The position numbers were made by a program, and so were the translations under genes. Shown here piece by piece: positions 36,977-50,173 of a stretch of 64,000 nt of DNA. Positions within the stretch are counted from its first letter, which is position 1, and the number at the start of each line of letters is the position of its first letter. Below the pieces are notes generated by a model that was not told where the DNA came from, did no database searches, and worked only from the letters and a program-made list of their open reading frames with translations. The DNA comes from Mustelus asterias (taxonomy: Eukaryota). Location of the stretch: assembly GCF_964213995.1 (NCBI RefSeq), contig NC_135830.1, positions 1,488,001 through 1,552,000 on the forward strand. The letters are read 5' to 3'.

Positions 36977-37270
36977 TCACGGTGGCAGAGTGATTATCAC
37001 TGCTGCTCCAGAGCACCAGGGACCCACATTTGATTCTCCGCTAGGGTCACTGCCTGTGTGGGGTTTGCAAGTTCTCCCCATGGCTGCGTGGATTATCTCT
37101 GGATGATTCAATTTCCTCCCAGTCAAACGATTTGCGGGTTAGGTGGATTGGCCACCTCGTGCCCAGCTCGTGTAAATGCATCGGGTTATGGGGATAGCGT
37201 CTGTGTTGGATTGTGGTCAGTGCAGACTCGATGGGTCGAATGGCCTCCTTCTACACTGTAGGGATTCTAT
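36977..37270 (+). mobile_element. Old diverged HE1-type SINE
   Basis: CACGGTGGCAGAGTG...CACTGCTGC...GCAGACTCGATGGGTCGAATGGCCTCCTTCT...GGGATTCTAT. Confidence 0.8.
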
Positions 37271-37838
37271 AGTATTACTCATGGTTTGTACATGTCTGCT
37301 CTCTCTCTCTTTACCGCTCTATACCTGCATCAGTTTCTTTCAGTCTTTCTTTCCGTGCATCGATCATTGTTTGCTCTTTGTTCCCTCCATTCTCTGCCTC
37401 TTTGTGTGCAACCAAAGTCCACGTGATTGATTCCTGTGATGAGGCTGTTGTCCTGGGAGGAGAGATTCAGTTGGATGAGTATGTTCTCTCTGCAGTTTAT
37501 AATGTGAGATGATCCCATTGAAAAATCTGAAATTGGGAGACAGTTTGACAGTGTACATGCTGAGTGGCTTCAATGGCTGGCTGGGGTATTTAGAACAAGA
37601 ATATTGAGTTGAAAGATGTAAGAGGAGTTTGCATTGTTTGGAAAACATGAAGTTAAGAAGTGTTAGGTGAGAATGATGTTTATTGATGATTGAGAGGAAT
37701 GCATTGTAACTTTGGGGACTCTGTAGGTTGATTCATTGTAAACTTTGCAATCAGAACAAGCTGAGACACCAGAAGGAAAAAAATATATATTTTTTGTCTC
37801 CACGAATTTTGGGAATTGGAATGCAAGCTACTCGATGT

Positions 37839-37911
37839 GACTGGCTAGCTCAGTAGGTGGTGCATGAGACTCTTAATTTCAGGGTCATGGGTTCAGGCCC
37901 TATGTTGGGCA
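37839..37911 (+). tRNA. tRNA-Lys(CTT) pseudogene
   Basis: GACTGGCTAGCTCAGTAGGTGGTGCATGAGACTCTTAATTTCAGGGTCATGGGTTCAGGCCCTATGTTGGGCA aligns end to end with vertebrate tRNA-Lys-CTT (73 nt). Stem mismatches and an altered B box. Confidence 0.85.
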
Positions 37912-38999
37912 TCATTCTCTTTAAACTTTGCCTCTTTCATGGGTGAACCTCAGCTTTCCATTCCTTGAACATTTTCACCACTCAAACTGAGTATTTCTCC
38001 ATCATGCTTTTTTGATCTCACAGTCAATGGTTTATGTATGAAAACTGCCTCCACTTCACTGGAAGGCGAGAGGTGCTTAATTCAGCGAGACATTTTCTTT
38101 CCATTTTGCGCGAGATTTGGATATATATCTGGGAGATTGTGTCAGTGGAAACTTCAATCATCTCCATTGTCACTCAATCACTCCAGCCTTACATCGTATC
38201 ACAAGACCGTTTGTTCTTTCATCCTCTCCCACTCTATTTTCCTTGACATTGCATTTGTTTGTAAACCATTAAACCTCTAAATTCTTCCAGTTTGGATAAA
38301 AGGTTGGCGATCTGAAAGATTCACTCTGTATCCCTCTCCATAGACGCTGTTTGACCTGCTGAGTGTTTCCAACATTTTCTGTTTTGAGGTGGGATTTGCA
38401 GCAAATGCGGTACCTTGTTCTTGGGTCACAGTGGATCAGTTTCCTATGACTGAACCTTACCTATTTTAATAGTTAAAGGGCGGAGGTTTTAAATAATAAG
38501 ACACCAGGATATGTCACCCAGTTTGTCATGAAATTAAACAAAATGAGAGTTAATCATTTCATGAAATATGATGAATGCGATATATATTTCATTGTCAAGG
38601 CCAGCATTTGTTGGCCATCCCGATTTACACTTGAGCTGAGTATTTTGCTGGGCCATTTCATAGCATAGTTAACAGTCAATAACATTGATGTGGACCTGGA
38701 CTCTCATGTAGGCCAGACTCGGTAAGGATGGCAGATTTCCTTCTGTAAAGAGACCAGAATGATTATTCACGACAATAAGAAAAAAGTTTCATTAGTGAGA
38801 CTAACTGTCAGTTCAATTTCAGCTCTAGGCTGGGGTGGGATCTGGATCTGTGTTCCTGGGCCTCGGGATTCATACTCCACTGATTTTACCACGACGTCAC
38901 CATCTTTCCAGAAGAATGTAAGTGTAAATCCTCCACGATGAACTCAGTGGAAATCAGTGCCAGACATTCTTGATACAGGGGAGTTAACTAGACAACATT

Positions 39000-40800
39000 A
39001 TGTAACCCCACATTCCTACCTACCACCAAATAACATTGCAACTCCTTGTTTATCGGGAACTTCTCTCGCTCTGACATAAAAGTGTTGAAAGGACCTTCTT
39101 CTGCTGCATTTAAGCAAGAGAGTTCCAGAGACTCATGACCCACTGAGAGAAAAGAGACACCTCTGTCTTAAATGAAAAAGCACTTATCTTTAAACAGTGA
39201 CCCCTAGTTCTAGATTCTCCAGCAAGAGGGACCATCCTCCCCACATCCACCCTGTCATAGAATCCTTACAGATCAGAAGGAGGCCGTTCGGCCCATCGAG
39301 CCTGCACCAACAATAAACCCACCCAGACCCCATCCCCCATAGCTCCACGTAGCCCCCTGGCACTAAGGAGCAATTTAGCATGACAAGTCAACCTCACTCG
39401 CAAATCTTTGGATTGTGGGAGGAAACCGCAGCATGAGGAGGAAACCCATACAGATACGGGCAGAACGTGCAAACTCCACAGAGACAGTAGCCCGAGGCCG
39501 GAGTTGAACCGGGATCCCTGGTGCTGTGAGGCGGTAGTGCTAAACTCTTTGTTGCCGTCATACCCTCTCAATGCCCCTCAGAATCTTAAATGTTTCAATC
39601 AAGTCGTCTCTTACTACTCTAAACTCAAGTAGCTACAAAGCCACGCTTTCCAACATTCCCTCTTTTTAGACTAGTAAGCCTTGTCTTAACTTCTTGTCAT
39701 GCATTTACGTCCCTTCGTAAATAGGGACACTAATATTGTGCAAAATAATCCAGATGTGGCCTCACAAGTGTGCTGTTCAACTAAACCACAACTTCCCTAC
39801 TTGTGTATTCAATTGCTCTCACAATAAGCAATAACAATCCTTCGCGTTCCTGTTAAATTGTATGCGTATACCGGCCTTTCCTGATTCATGCTGCAGGTCA
39901 CTGAGATTGGTCTGCACCTCAGCGCTCTGCAATCTTTCACTATTGATAAATAAAAAGCCATTTTCATCTGTAGAATTCGTTTTTCGGAAGTCGGATCAAA
40001 AACTGAAGAGAGACAGGTTTCTCCGAAAGCCTTCTTTATTGCTTCGGAGGAGAGATCGCAAGACCATGCACATCCAGCATGGGTTCGTGAGTCTCTGTCT
40101 AACTTACAAAACAGTTTTTCAGTTATACCCGACGGAGATACATTCACATACTTCTGTTAGCCAATAAGGGCATAGCTGTATTGTTACATTTTGATTAGAT
40201 TACTTTCAAGAACAAAAAAGCGATAGCCACGTAAACACATGGCTATTAAAGTTTCTGATTAGATTAATTTCAAGGACAAAAGACAATAGCCACGTAATGA
40301 CATGGCTATTAAAGTTTCTGATTAGATTACTTGCAAGAACAAAAGGCCAATTGATAAGGCCCTGCCCTCCGAAGCCAGAACCACAATTACCTATCAGCAG
40401 TTTCTTTAACGTGATCATCAGTTTCGCTTGTCACCCTTGCCTCAGGCCCTCTCCAAAACCAGTTTATCCCTCAACTAATTTCTAGTTACGCATCCCAATT
40501 TTAACCCTTTCCTCTTCTCAATCTATCTTATACACATTCTCACATCCTTCGTGCCAAAATGGACAATTTCGAATTGGCTCATGTTGTTCTCCGTTTGCTA
40601 GATTTCAGTCTACTCAGTTAACCATTCTACGTCACGTTGTAGCCTCTTTACGCCAGCTTCACTATTTACTTCCCCATATAACTTAGAGCCGTTAGAAAGC
40701 TTATCAAACGCATCGCCTTGTGTCCCTTCATCTAAGTCATTTATAGATATACATATATATATATTGATGTTGGCGCTTCAGCACTGATCCCTGTGGCACA
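39000..40800 (-). mobile_element. Very old CR1 fragment interrupted by an HE1 SINE (39255-39543) and an LTR (39969-40511)
   Basis: Antisense CR1 motifs (AGAGTTCCAGAGACTCATGACCCACTGAGAGAA; AAATAGGGACAC...TCCAGATGTGGCCTCAC; CACTGATCCCTGTGGCAC). Confidence 0.7.
39969..40511 (-). mobile_element. Probable solo ERV LTR with ~63-bp U3 tandem repeats
   Basis: On the minus strand: AATAAA (TTTATT at ~40035), TATA-like at ~40123, CCAAT at 40161, ~2.4 copies of a 63-64-bp repeat (40192-40345), 3' end CA. No clean TSD. Confidence 0.65.
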
Positions 40801-40910
40801 ACAGGAATCCTAGTACCATGCAGGATGAAAACCATCCATGTTGTCTTCAGTGTGTATTTATTACTGACATGCAAAGTCTTGCTTAACACATATTACTTGA
40901 TTAATATGTG

Positions 40911-41723
40911 AAAAATGGCAAATGGAGTTTAACCCTGAGAAATGTGAGGTGATTCATTTTGGTAGGACTAATTTAAATGTGGATTACAGGGTCAAAGGTA
41001 GGGTTCTGAAGACTGTGGAGGAACAGAGAGATCTTGGGGTTCATATCCACAGATCTCTAAAGGTTGCCACTCAAGTGGATAGAGCTGTGAAGAAGGCCTA
41101 TAGTGTGTTAGCTTTTATTAACAGGGAGTTGGAGTTTAAGAGCCGTGGGGTTATGCTGCAACTGTGCAGGACCTTGGTGAGACCACATTTGGAATATTGT
41201 GTGCAGTTCTGGTCCCCTCACTATAAGAAGGATGTGGAAGCGCTGGAAAGAGTGCAGAGGAGATTTACCAGGATGCTGCCTGGTTTGGAGGGTAGGTCTT
41301 ATGAGGAAAGGTTGAGGGAGCTAGGGCTGTTCTCTCTGGAGCGGAGGAGGCTGAGGGGAGACTTAATAGAGGTTTATAAAATGATGAAGGGGATAGATAG
41401 AGTGAACGTTCAAAGACTATTTCCTCGGGTGGATGGAGCTATTACAAGGGGGCATAACTATAGGGTTTGTGGTGGGAGATACAGGAAGGATATCAGAGGT
41501 AGGTTCTTTACGCAGAGAGTGGTTGGGGTGTGGAATGGACTGCCTGCAGTGATAGTGGAGTCAGACACTTTAGGAACATTTAAGCGGTTATTGGATAGGC
41601 ACATGGAGCACACCAGGATGATAGGGAGTGGGATAGCTTGATCTTGGTTTCAGATAAAGCTCGGCACAACATCGTGGGCCGAAGGGCCTGTTCTGTGCTG
41701 TACTGTTCTATGTTCTATGTTCT
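40911..41723 (+). mobile_element. 5'-truncated CR1 LINE
   Basis: ORF 40922-41641; (TGTTCTA)n tail. Confidence 0.95.
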
Positions 41724-42191
41724 AATTAGTACTGTTATTCGTAAATTGTTAGGTTAAGCACGCTGAGAGAAATATTGTTGGAAATTAAGATCTCGGAACT
41801 TTCATATTTTAACTGAAATATAGTTTTACAGCTCAAACAACAAACAAATTTCATAGGCTTCATTCTGTGCCACAAATGCTTTATGGTGCTACAAATATTA
41901 TCTGAAGCTGCAGCTGAAATCGAAATTTTCCCAGCATCGGCAATAACAACGTTTGTCCTGCAGATGGCAGTGAAACATAGAAACACAGGAGCAGGAGTCG
42001 GCTATTCGGCCCATGGAGTCTGCTTCACCATGTTCAGTATGATCATGGCTGATCCTCCATCTCAATGTCACACTTTAGCTTTCTCTCCCTACCCCTTGAT
42101 GCAATTACTATCGATAAAAATCTATACTTTCCTCGGACACATTCAGTGATTGGCCTGCATTACGTTTGCTGTGAAGACGCTTTCGATATCA

Positions 42192-43066
42192 AATGGGATC
42201 AAAGATTATGTGGAGAAAGCAGGATTAGACTATTGAGTTGGACGGCCAGCCATGATCTTAATGAATGGCGGAGCAGGCTCGAAGAGTCAAATGGTTTCCT
42301 CCTGCCCCTTTTTTCTATGTTCCTATGAAATTAAAGATGAACGAAAAAAACATTTCAGGAAAAACGGAAAGCTCTCACGGGAGACAGGAAAGCATCGCCT
42401 GCTCAGTGCGTTTGTATAAAGACAAATCGTTCTTTATACTTTTACTGCAATTCCTCAAATATAAATGAATTACGTTCATCGGAATATTTTAGCATCATAC
42501 TTTAATTTATTCAAATTGTAAATGCAGATCACTCAATAAAATAAAATCTTTGTAACATGTTTCATTACGCAGAATGTAATGCCTGGGCGTTTTGTTTCCT
42601 TAGATGAGAGTCTCTGTCACCAGACTCACTTAATCCCTCTCCTCTCTGCCCGATGCATCCAGAAACAATGTGAATAGATTTGCTCTGTACGTCTGCCTGT
42701 CTGTTTCTGTCTCTGTCCCTTCCTCCCCCAACCCGTCGCGATCTATCTCTCTGTCTGTTTCTTTTTTTCTCCTTATCTCCACCCTAGAGGGTGGTGGGAG
42801 TTTATATTGCTCCACTCACAACTCTCTCGAAAATACAGCAAAATCGTTAACATTTCAAATGGCCATGCTTTCCTGTCTCCCGAGAGAGCTTTCCGTTTTT
42901 TCTGAATTTTTTTTCGTTCATCTTTAATTTCATAGGAGCGTAGAAAAAAGGAGCAGGAGGAGACCATTTGGCTCTTCGAGCCTGCTCCGCCATTCATTAA
43001 GATCATGGCTGACCGTCCAACTCAATTGCATAATCCTGCTTTCTCCACATAATCTTTGATTCCATT
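42192..43066. repeat. ~205-bp inverted duplication (42192-42399 / 42861-43066)
   Basis: Each arm comprises a CR1 3' end plus ~75 bp of non-LINE flank (AAATTAAAGATGAACGAAAA...GGAAAGCTCTC.CGGGAGACAGGAAAGCAT). Confidence 0.9.
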
Positions 43067-44890
43067 CGCCCCAAGTGATATAGAACCATAGAACCATGGA
43101 AAATCACAGCTCAGAAACAGGCCTTTTGGCCCTTCTTGTCTGTGCCGAACCATTTTTTGCCTAGTCCCACTGACCTGCACTTGGACCATATCCCTCCACA
43201 CCCCTCTCATCCATGAACCCGTCCAAGTTTTTCTTAAATGTTAAAAGCATTTACCACTTTATCCGGCAGCTCATTCCACACTCCCACCAATATTCCCTTT
43301 AAACTTTTCTCCTTTCTAGATATATCTAGCCGCCTCTTGAATATAGTCAATGTTCTCGCATAAACTACTTCATGTGGTGATAGACTCCACAGGTTCATCA
43401 CTCTTTTGGTGAAGAAATATCTCCTCATCTCCGTCCTAAATTGTTTACCCCTAATCCTTAGACTGTGACCCCTGGTTCTGGACCCCCTCACCCCTCCACA
43501 CCCACCATCGGAACATCCTCCGTGCATCTACCCTGTCATCCTCCGTGCATCTACCCTGTCTAGTCCTGCTAGAATTTTATAAGTTTCTATGAGATTACCC
43601 CTCATTTGTCTGAACTCCAGCGAAAACAACCCTAACATAGTCAATCTGTCCTCATACATCAGTCCCGCCATTCCCGAAATCAGCCTACTAAAACTTCCTC
43701 GAGAACAAGAACATCATTCCTCAGAAAAGGAAAGCAAAACTGCACACAATATTCTAGTTGTGGCCTCACCAAGGCCCTGTATAATTGCAAAACCACATCC
43801 CTGTTCCTGTACTCGAAACCTCCCGCAGTGAAGGCCAATATACCATTTGCCTCCTTTACCATCTGCTGCACCTGCATGCTTACGTTCAGCGACTGGTGCA
43901 CAAGAACACACAGGTCCAGCTGCACACTCCCCTCTCCCAATTTACAACCATTCAGGTCATAATCTGCCTTCTTGTTTTTGCTTCCAATGTGAATAGCTTC
44001 ACATTTCCAAATTATACTGCATCTGCCATTGATTTGCCCACTCACCCAACCTGTCCAGATCATGCCGAAGGATCTGTGCATACTCTTCACAGTTCACCCT
44101 CCCACCCGATCTGATATCATCTGCAAACTTTGAGATGACACATGTTGTTCCCTCATCCAAATCATTGATACATATTGTGAATGTCTGTGGTCCTAACACT
44201 GATCCCTGTGGTACCCGACTAGTTAATGCCTGCCAATTTGAAAAGGACCCATTAATTCCGACACTTTGTTTCCTCTCTGCCAACCAGTTTTCAATCCATC
44301 GCAATACATTTCCCCCAATCCCATGCATTTTAATCTTGCACGATAATCTCGTATGCGGGATTTTGTCAAAATGCTTTCTGAAAGTCCAAGAATACCACAT
44401 CGGCCAGCTTCCGCTTGTCAACTCTCCTCGATGCATCACCAAAGAATTCGACAGAATTGTCAAGCATGATTTCCCCTTCATAAATCCATGCTAACTCAGG
44501 CTGACCCTGCCACTGCTTTCTAAATGCTCCGCCATAAAGTCCTTGATAATGGATTCGAGAATTTTCCCTACTAGCGATAAGGATTATTCCCAATACTACT
44601 TATTGGTCTATAATTCTGTTTTCTCTCCATCTCCCTTGTTGAATATTGAAATGACATTAGCTACCCTCCAATCTGCAGGGACTGTTCCAGAGTTTTTAGA
44701 ATCCTGGAAGATGCCCATCAATGCATCCAGTATTTCTAGAGCCACTTCCCTAAGTACTCTGGGATGTTGATTATCAGGCCCTGGGGATTTATCCGCATTC
44801 AATGCCATCAATTTTCCCAGCACCATTTCTCTACTAATATCAATCTCCAACATGTCTCCTCTCTCACGAAATCTTGCGTTCCCGAACATT
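42930..44890 (-). mobile_element. Decayed CR1 LINE (RT to 3' end), with a 3'-end fragment of another subfamily nested at ~43079-43315
   Basis: Minus ORFs KSPGPDNQHPRVLRE, VPQGSVLGPQTF...KFADD, LEYCVQF. Confidence 0.9.
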
Positions 44891-45609
44891 TCCATTGATC
44901 CTTATTGTCTATGGAGGTCACTTTTCTCTGACTATTAAGAAAAAAGAATGTCTGCCTGATGTCTCCTACGTTTGGATAAAAAATAACTTAACATGTTGCT
45001 TTGTTCATTAATGATCTTCACAAGTTACTCATTTTGCATGATACGAACTAACTAAATTTCAACTCACCCATTCATTCCCTAATATAGATTTTTGCTCGCC
45101 TTGTTCGCTGGTATGATATCTTAAATTTGCTCATCTCAAGCGAATCCCTTTTTATGGTTCAAACCATAGCGTTGAACTGGCTTCAGGTTAATTACGTCGC
45201 ACACACACACACATGCGAGTGCGCGTGCAGGCTCCTCTTTCACAGTTCAGCACGTATTCAGTGATATGTGGAATATTTGATATTCCTTTACAATATGTTT
45301 TCTGAAATCTAATCTTAAAATGAGTTAGGGCCCGCTGTAGCATAAACAGAGACCGTACATATTGCAGAAAAACAGGCATATGGGCCAGTGCAATAATAAT
45401 GAACATAGGTGCTGGTGTAATAGAAACAGAGATGAATGTGGTCCAGTTATAACAAATACTGGACCTGGTGTAATATAAATAAATGGTCTATTGCATTATA
45501 ACAGTGGCAGAACCGAATGCAAAAGTATCAGATATATTGGCTAGTGTTTTAATAAGCGAAATTGGACCTGGTGAAATGTAAACCAAGATATGGATTTTTC
45601 ATTAATGAC

Positions 45610-46075
45610 TTGATTTGAATTGATTTATTGTTGTCACATGCATTCGTATTCAGTGATATATTTCTTGCGTGCTATTCAGATAACGCATACCGCTCATAGC
45701 GAATGAAAGGAGAGGCTGCAGAATCTAATGCTACAGTCATTGCTAGCGTGAATAGAAAGATCAAATTAATATGAGTTGGGTCCATTCAAAAATCTGGTGG
45801 CAGCAGGTATCAGATTGTTGTTATATGTCCTCAGACTTTTGTATCATTTCCCGATGGAAAAAGGTGGAAGTCCGTTGGGTTCTTGATTACACTGGATGCT
45901 TTTCCGAGACAGCAGGACGTGTAGACAGAGTCAATCGATGGAGTGTGATGGACTGGGCTTCGTTCACGACCATTTGTAGTGTCTTGCGGTCTTGGGCAGA
46001 GCAAAAGTCATACCAAGCTGTGATACAACCAGAAAGGAAACTTTCTATGGTACGTGTATAAAATTAATAGGAGAG
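45610..46075 (-). mobile_element. Rex1/Babar-like LINE 3' fragment
   Basis: Minus translation TIESFLSGCITAWYDFCSAQDRKTLQMVVNEAQSIT (typical Rex1 C-terminal motif); AATAAATCAA-type tail. Confidence 0.75.
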
Positions 46076-46090
46076 ACCAGGCCTGAAGTA

Positions 46091-46787
46091 CATAAGAACA
46101 TATGAACATAAGAAATAGGAGCAGGAGTAGGCCATCTAGCCCCTCGAGCCTGCCCCGCCATTCAATAAGATCATGGCTGATCTGAAGTGGATCAATTCCA
46201 CTTACCCGCCTGATCCCTATAAACCCTAATTCCCTTACCGATCAGGAATCCATCTATCCGTGATTTAAACATATTCAACGAGGTAGCCTCCACCACTTCA
46301 GTGGGCAGAGAATTCCAGAGATTCACCACCCTCTGAGAGAAGAAGTTCCTCCTCAACTCTGTCCTAAACTGACCCCCCTTTATTTTGAGGCTGTGCCCTC
46401 TAGTTCTAGCTTCCTTTCTAAGTGGAAAGAATCTCTCCACCTCTACTCTATCCAGCCCCTTCATTATCTTATAGGTCTCTATAAGATCCCCCCTCAGCCC
46501 TCTAAATTCCAACGAATACAAACCCAATCTGCTCAGTCTCTCCTCATAATCAACACCTCTCATCTCTGGTATCAACCTGGTGAACCTTCTCTGCACTCCC
46601 TCCAAGGCCAATATATCCTTCCGCAAATAAGGGGACCAATACTGCACACAGTATTCCAGCTGCGGCCTCAGCAATGCCCTGTACAGATGTAGCAAGGTAT
46701 CTCTGCTTTTATATTCTATCCCCCTTGCGATATAGACCAACATCCCATTTGCCTTCTTGATCACCTGTTGCACCTGCAGACTGGGTG
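46091..46787 (-). mobile_element. 5'-truncated CR1 LINE
   Basis: ORF 46192-46773(-); closely related to 35826-36758. Confidence 0.95.
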
Positions 46788-46807
46788 TAAAAATAGAAGA
46801 AAATAGA

Positions 46808-48963
46808 TGAAATGAGAAGGGATCTGGGAAGTGTGGATTGGCACAGGCTGTTCTCTGGTAAGGATGTAGATGGAAAGTGGGAGGCCTTCAAAGGAGAAAT
46901 TTTGAGAGTGCAGAGTTTGTATGTTCCTGTGAGGATTAAAGGCAAAGTAAATAGGAATAAGGAACCTTGGTTCTCGAGGGAGATTGCAACACTGATTAAG
47001 AGGAAGAGAGAGTTGTATGAAATGTACAGGCAGCAAGGAACACATCAGATGCTCGAGGAGTATAACAAGTGCAAGAAGCTACTTAAGAGGGAAATCAGGA
47101 GGGCTAAAAGAAGACATGAGGTTGCTTTGGCAGACAGAGTGAAGAAAAATCCAAAGAGCTTCTATCGGTATGTTAGGAGCAAAAGGATAGTGAGGGATAA
47201 AATTGGTCCTCTTGAAGACCAGAGTGGTACAATGTGTATGGAACCAAAAGAGATGGGGGAGATACTAAATGTTTTTTTTGCATCCGTATTTACTGAGGAA
47301 ACGAGCATGGAGTCTATGGAAATAGGGCAAACTGGTAGGGAGGCCATGGAAACTTTACAGGGTAAAGGGGAGGAGGTGCTCGCTGTCTTGAGGCAAATCA
47401 GAGTGGATAAATCCCCAGGACCGGAAGCTAGTGTTGAACTTGCAGGGGCCCTGGCAGACATATTTAAAATGTCAGTATTCAGGGGGGAGGTGCCGGATGA
47501 TTGGAGGGTGGCTCATGTTGTTCCGTTGTTTAAAAAAGGTTCCAAAAGAAATCCGGGAAATTATCGGCCAGTAAGTTTGACGTCGGTGGTGGGCAAGTTA
47601 TTGGAAGGTGTGATAAGGGATAGGATCTACAAATATTTGGATAGACAGGGACTTATTAGGGAGAGTCAACATGGCTTTGTGCGTGGTAGGTCATGTTTGA
47701 GCAATCTATTCGAGTTTTTCGAGGAGGTTACCAGGAAAGTGGATGAAGGGAAGGCGGTGGATGTTGTCTACCTGGATTTCAGCAAGGCCTTTGACAAGGT
47801 CCCTCATGGGAGGTTAGTTAGGAAGGTTCAGTCGCTAGGTATACATGGGGAGGTAGTAAATTGGATAAGACACTGGCTCAATGGAAGAAGCCAGAGAGTG
47901 GTTGTGGAGGATTGCTTCTCTGAGTGAAGGCCTGTGACTAGTGGTGTACCGCAGGGATCGGTGTTGGGTCCATTGTTGTTTGTCATCTATATCAATGATC
48001 TGGATGATAATGTGGTAAATTGGATCAGCAAATTTGCTGATGATACAAAGATTGGAGGTGTAGTGGACAGTGAGGAAGGTTTTCAAAGCTTGCAGAGGGA
48101 TTTGGACCAACTAGAAAAATGGGCTGAAAAATGGCAAATGGAATTTAACGCGGACAAGTGTGAGATATTGCACTTTGGAAGGACAAACCAAAGAAGAACG
48201 TACTCGGTAAATGGTAGGACTCTGAAGAGTGCAGTTGAACAGAGGGATCTGGGAATTCAGGTACAGAATTCCCTAAAAGTGATGTCACAGGTGGATAGGG
48301 TCGTAAAGAGTGCCTTTGGTACATTGGGCTTTATAAATCGGAGTATCGAGTATAAAAGTTGGAGTGTTATGGTAAGGTTATATAAGGCATTGGTGAGGCC
48401 GAATTTGGAGTATTGTGTACAGTTTTGGTCACCTAGTTACAGGAAGGATGTAAATAAGATTGAAAGAGTGCAGAGAAGGTTCACAAGGATGTTGCCGGGA
48501 CTTGAGAAGCTGAGTTACAGAGAGAGATTGAATAGGTTGGGACTTTATTCCCTGGAGCGTAGAAGATTGAGGAGAGATTTGATAGAGGTGTATAAGATTT
48601 TGATGGGTATAGATAGAGTGAATGCAAGCAGGCTTTTTCCGCTGAGGCTCGGGGAGAAAAAAAACAGAGGGCATGGGTTAAGGGTGAAAGGAGAAAAGTT
48701 TAAAGGGAATATTAGTGGGACCTTCTTCACGCAGAGAGTGGTGGGAGTGTGGAATGAGCTGCCGGATAAAGTGGTAAATGCGGGGTCACTTCTAACATTT
48801 AAGAAAAACTTGGACGGGTTCATGGATGAGAGGGGTGTGGAGGGATATGGTCCAAGTGCAGGTCAGTGGGACTAGGCATAAAATGGTTCAGCACAGACAA
48901 GAAGGGCCAAAAGGCCTGTTTCTGAGCTGTAATTTTCTATGGTTCTATGGCTCTATGGTTCTA
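46808..48963 (+). mobile_element. CR1 LINE ORF2 (linker, RT, C-terminus), one stop and a small deletion
   Basis: ORFs 46812-47927 and 47934-48875 in the same frame; (TCTATGG)n-type tail. Confidence 0.97.
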
Positions 48964-50173
48964 AATATGTATATGTTAAATAAATGACAATGCAAATAAT
49001 TGTTAGTGCAGTAGCATCTGAAATACACAGCTGTGTATTACAAATGACCAGTGTTAAATTGTTTCGTGCTAGAAACATGTTCCGACTGAGAACAGACAGG
49101 GACAATTGTCCATACCGATAACAGCATTAGAATTAGAATGAGAGGCAGGATATTTTCCAACATGCTCAGAGGAAACAATGAAATGCAACATTAACGGAAT
49201 CAGTGACCATTACTAAACGAATTGATACATGGTCCAAATCAATAACAGCAAACCCATGGTGTATTATAGTGGAAGGAATATCAAATAATATTAGGGACAG
49301 TTTGTAAAATCTTACTGAACATATCATTGAACCTACTGTGATGATAACACAGGCCGTATCCGGTGCACTGAAAACAATGACAGAGTGAGTGCGAGTCTGA
49401 GCCGATTGACATCTTTCCAAACTATTTTCCTAATAAACGAGTCAAGGACCATTGGATGCTGAATGGAATAAGGTTTGTTCAACAACACAGGCAAGGCTTA
49501 ATATAATGCGAATTGTGAAGTGATCAAATCAGTAAGTAACAACTGGCCGCACTCTCATTCCTGAGTCTGAAGTTGTGTCGACAAGCATCACTCTAGTGAC
49601 TCGACCACGTCAAATCTACCCAGGGTAAAATTCAGAAAAAATGAACATTCACGGAGTTGGTGATTTTCCGATCAGAGCTTCATCCAATGACATTGTCTTC
49701 AATGCAGCACTTTAAAAAACACGATGGACTCCGGAAATGTACTTGACAATTATCAGCATGTACATAGTGGCACGATCAGATTCAGGATTGGCCCAAGGGG
49801 TAAACTGTATGATCATCATTGTTTTAGGGCTATTAAAGGACAGATGCAGGTATTCAAAAGATACTGAAACAAAAAGATATATAAATACAGATGGAGAAAG
49901 AGAGGGGGGGGGGGGGCGGAGAGAGAGAGAGAGAATCATTAAAAACAGATCGTTTGCCCCAAAATGGCAGTGCCAGTTATATTGAAATTCCGTCCAATTA
50001 ATTTAATTTCCTCTTATTCTGCAAACTTACTTGTTCATTTATTTGTTATTTATTTATTTATTCTATCTGGGAAGAAATATTTTGCAAATTATAGGAATAA
50101 GTCCGAGGAATGTGGTTCGGGTGTATGAGCTTTCAGCGAGGCTGCACCAATCCAGTTGGCTGCACCAATCCAG

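Noticed and set aside
45340-45600. Faint short-period repeat resembling the 27-bp array (also ~48970-49420)
   Set aside because: Too degenerate to establish period or homology by eye.
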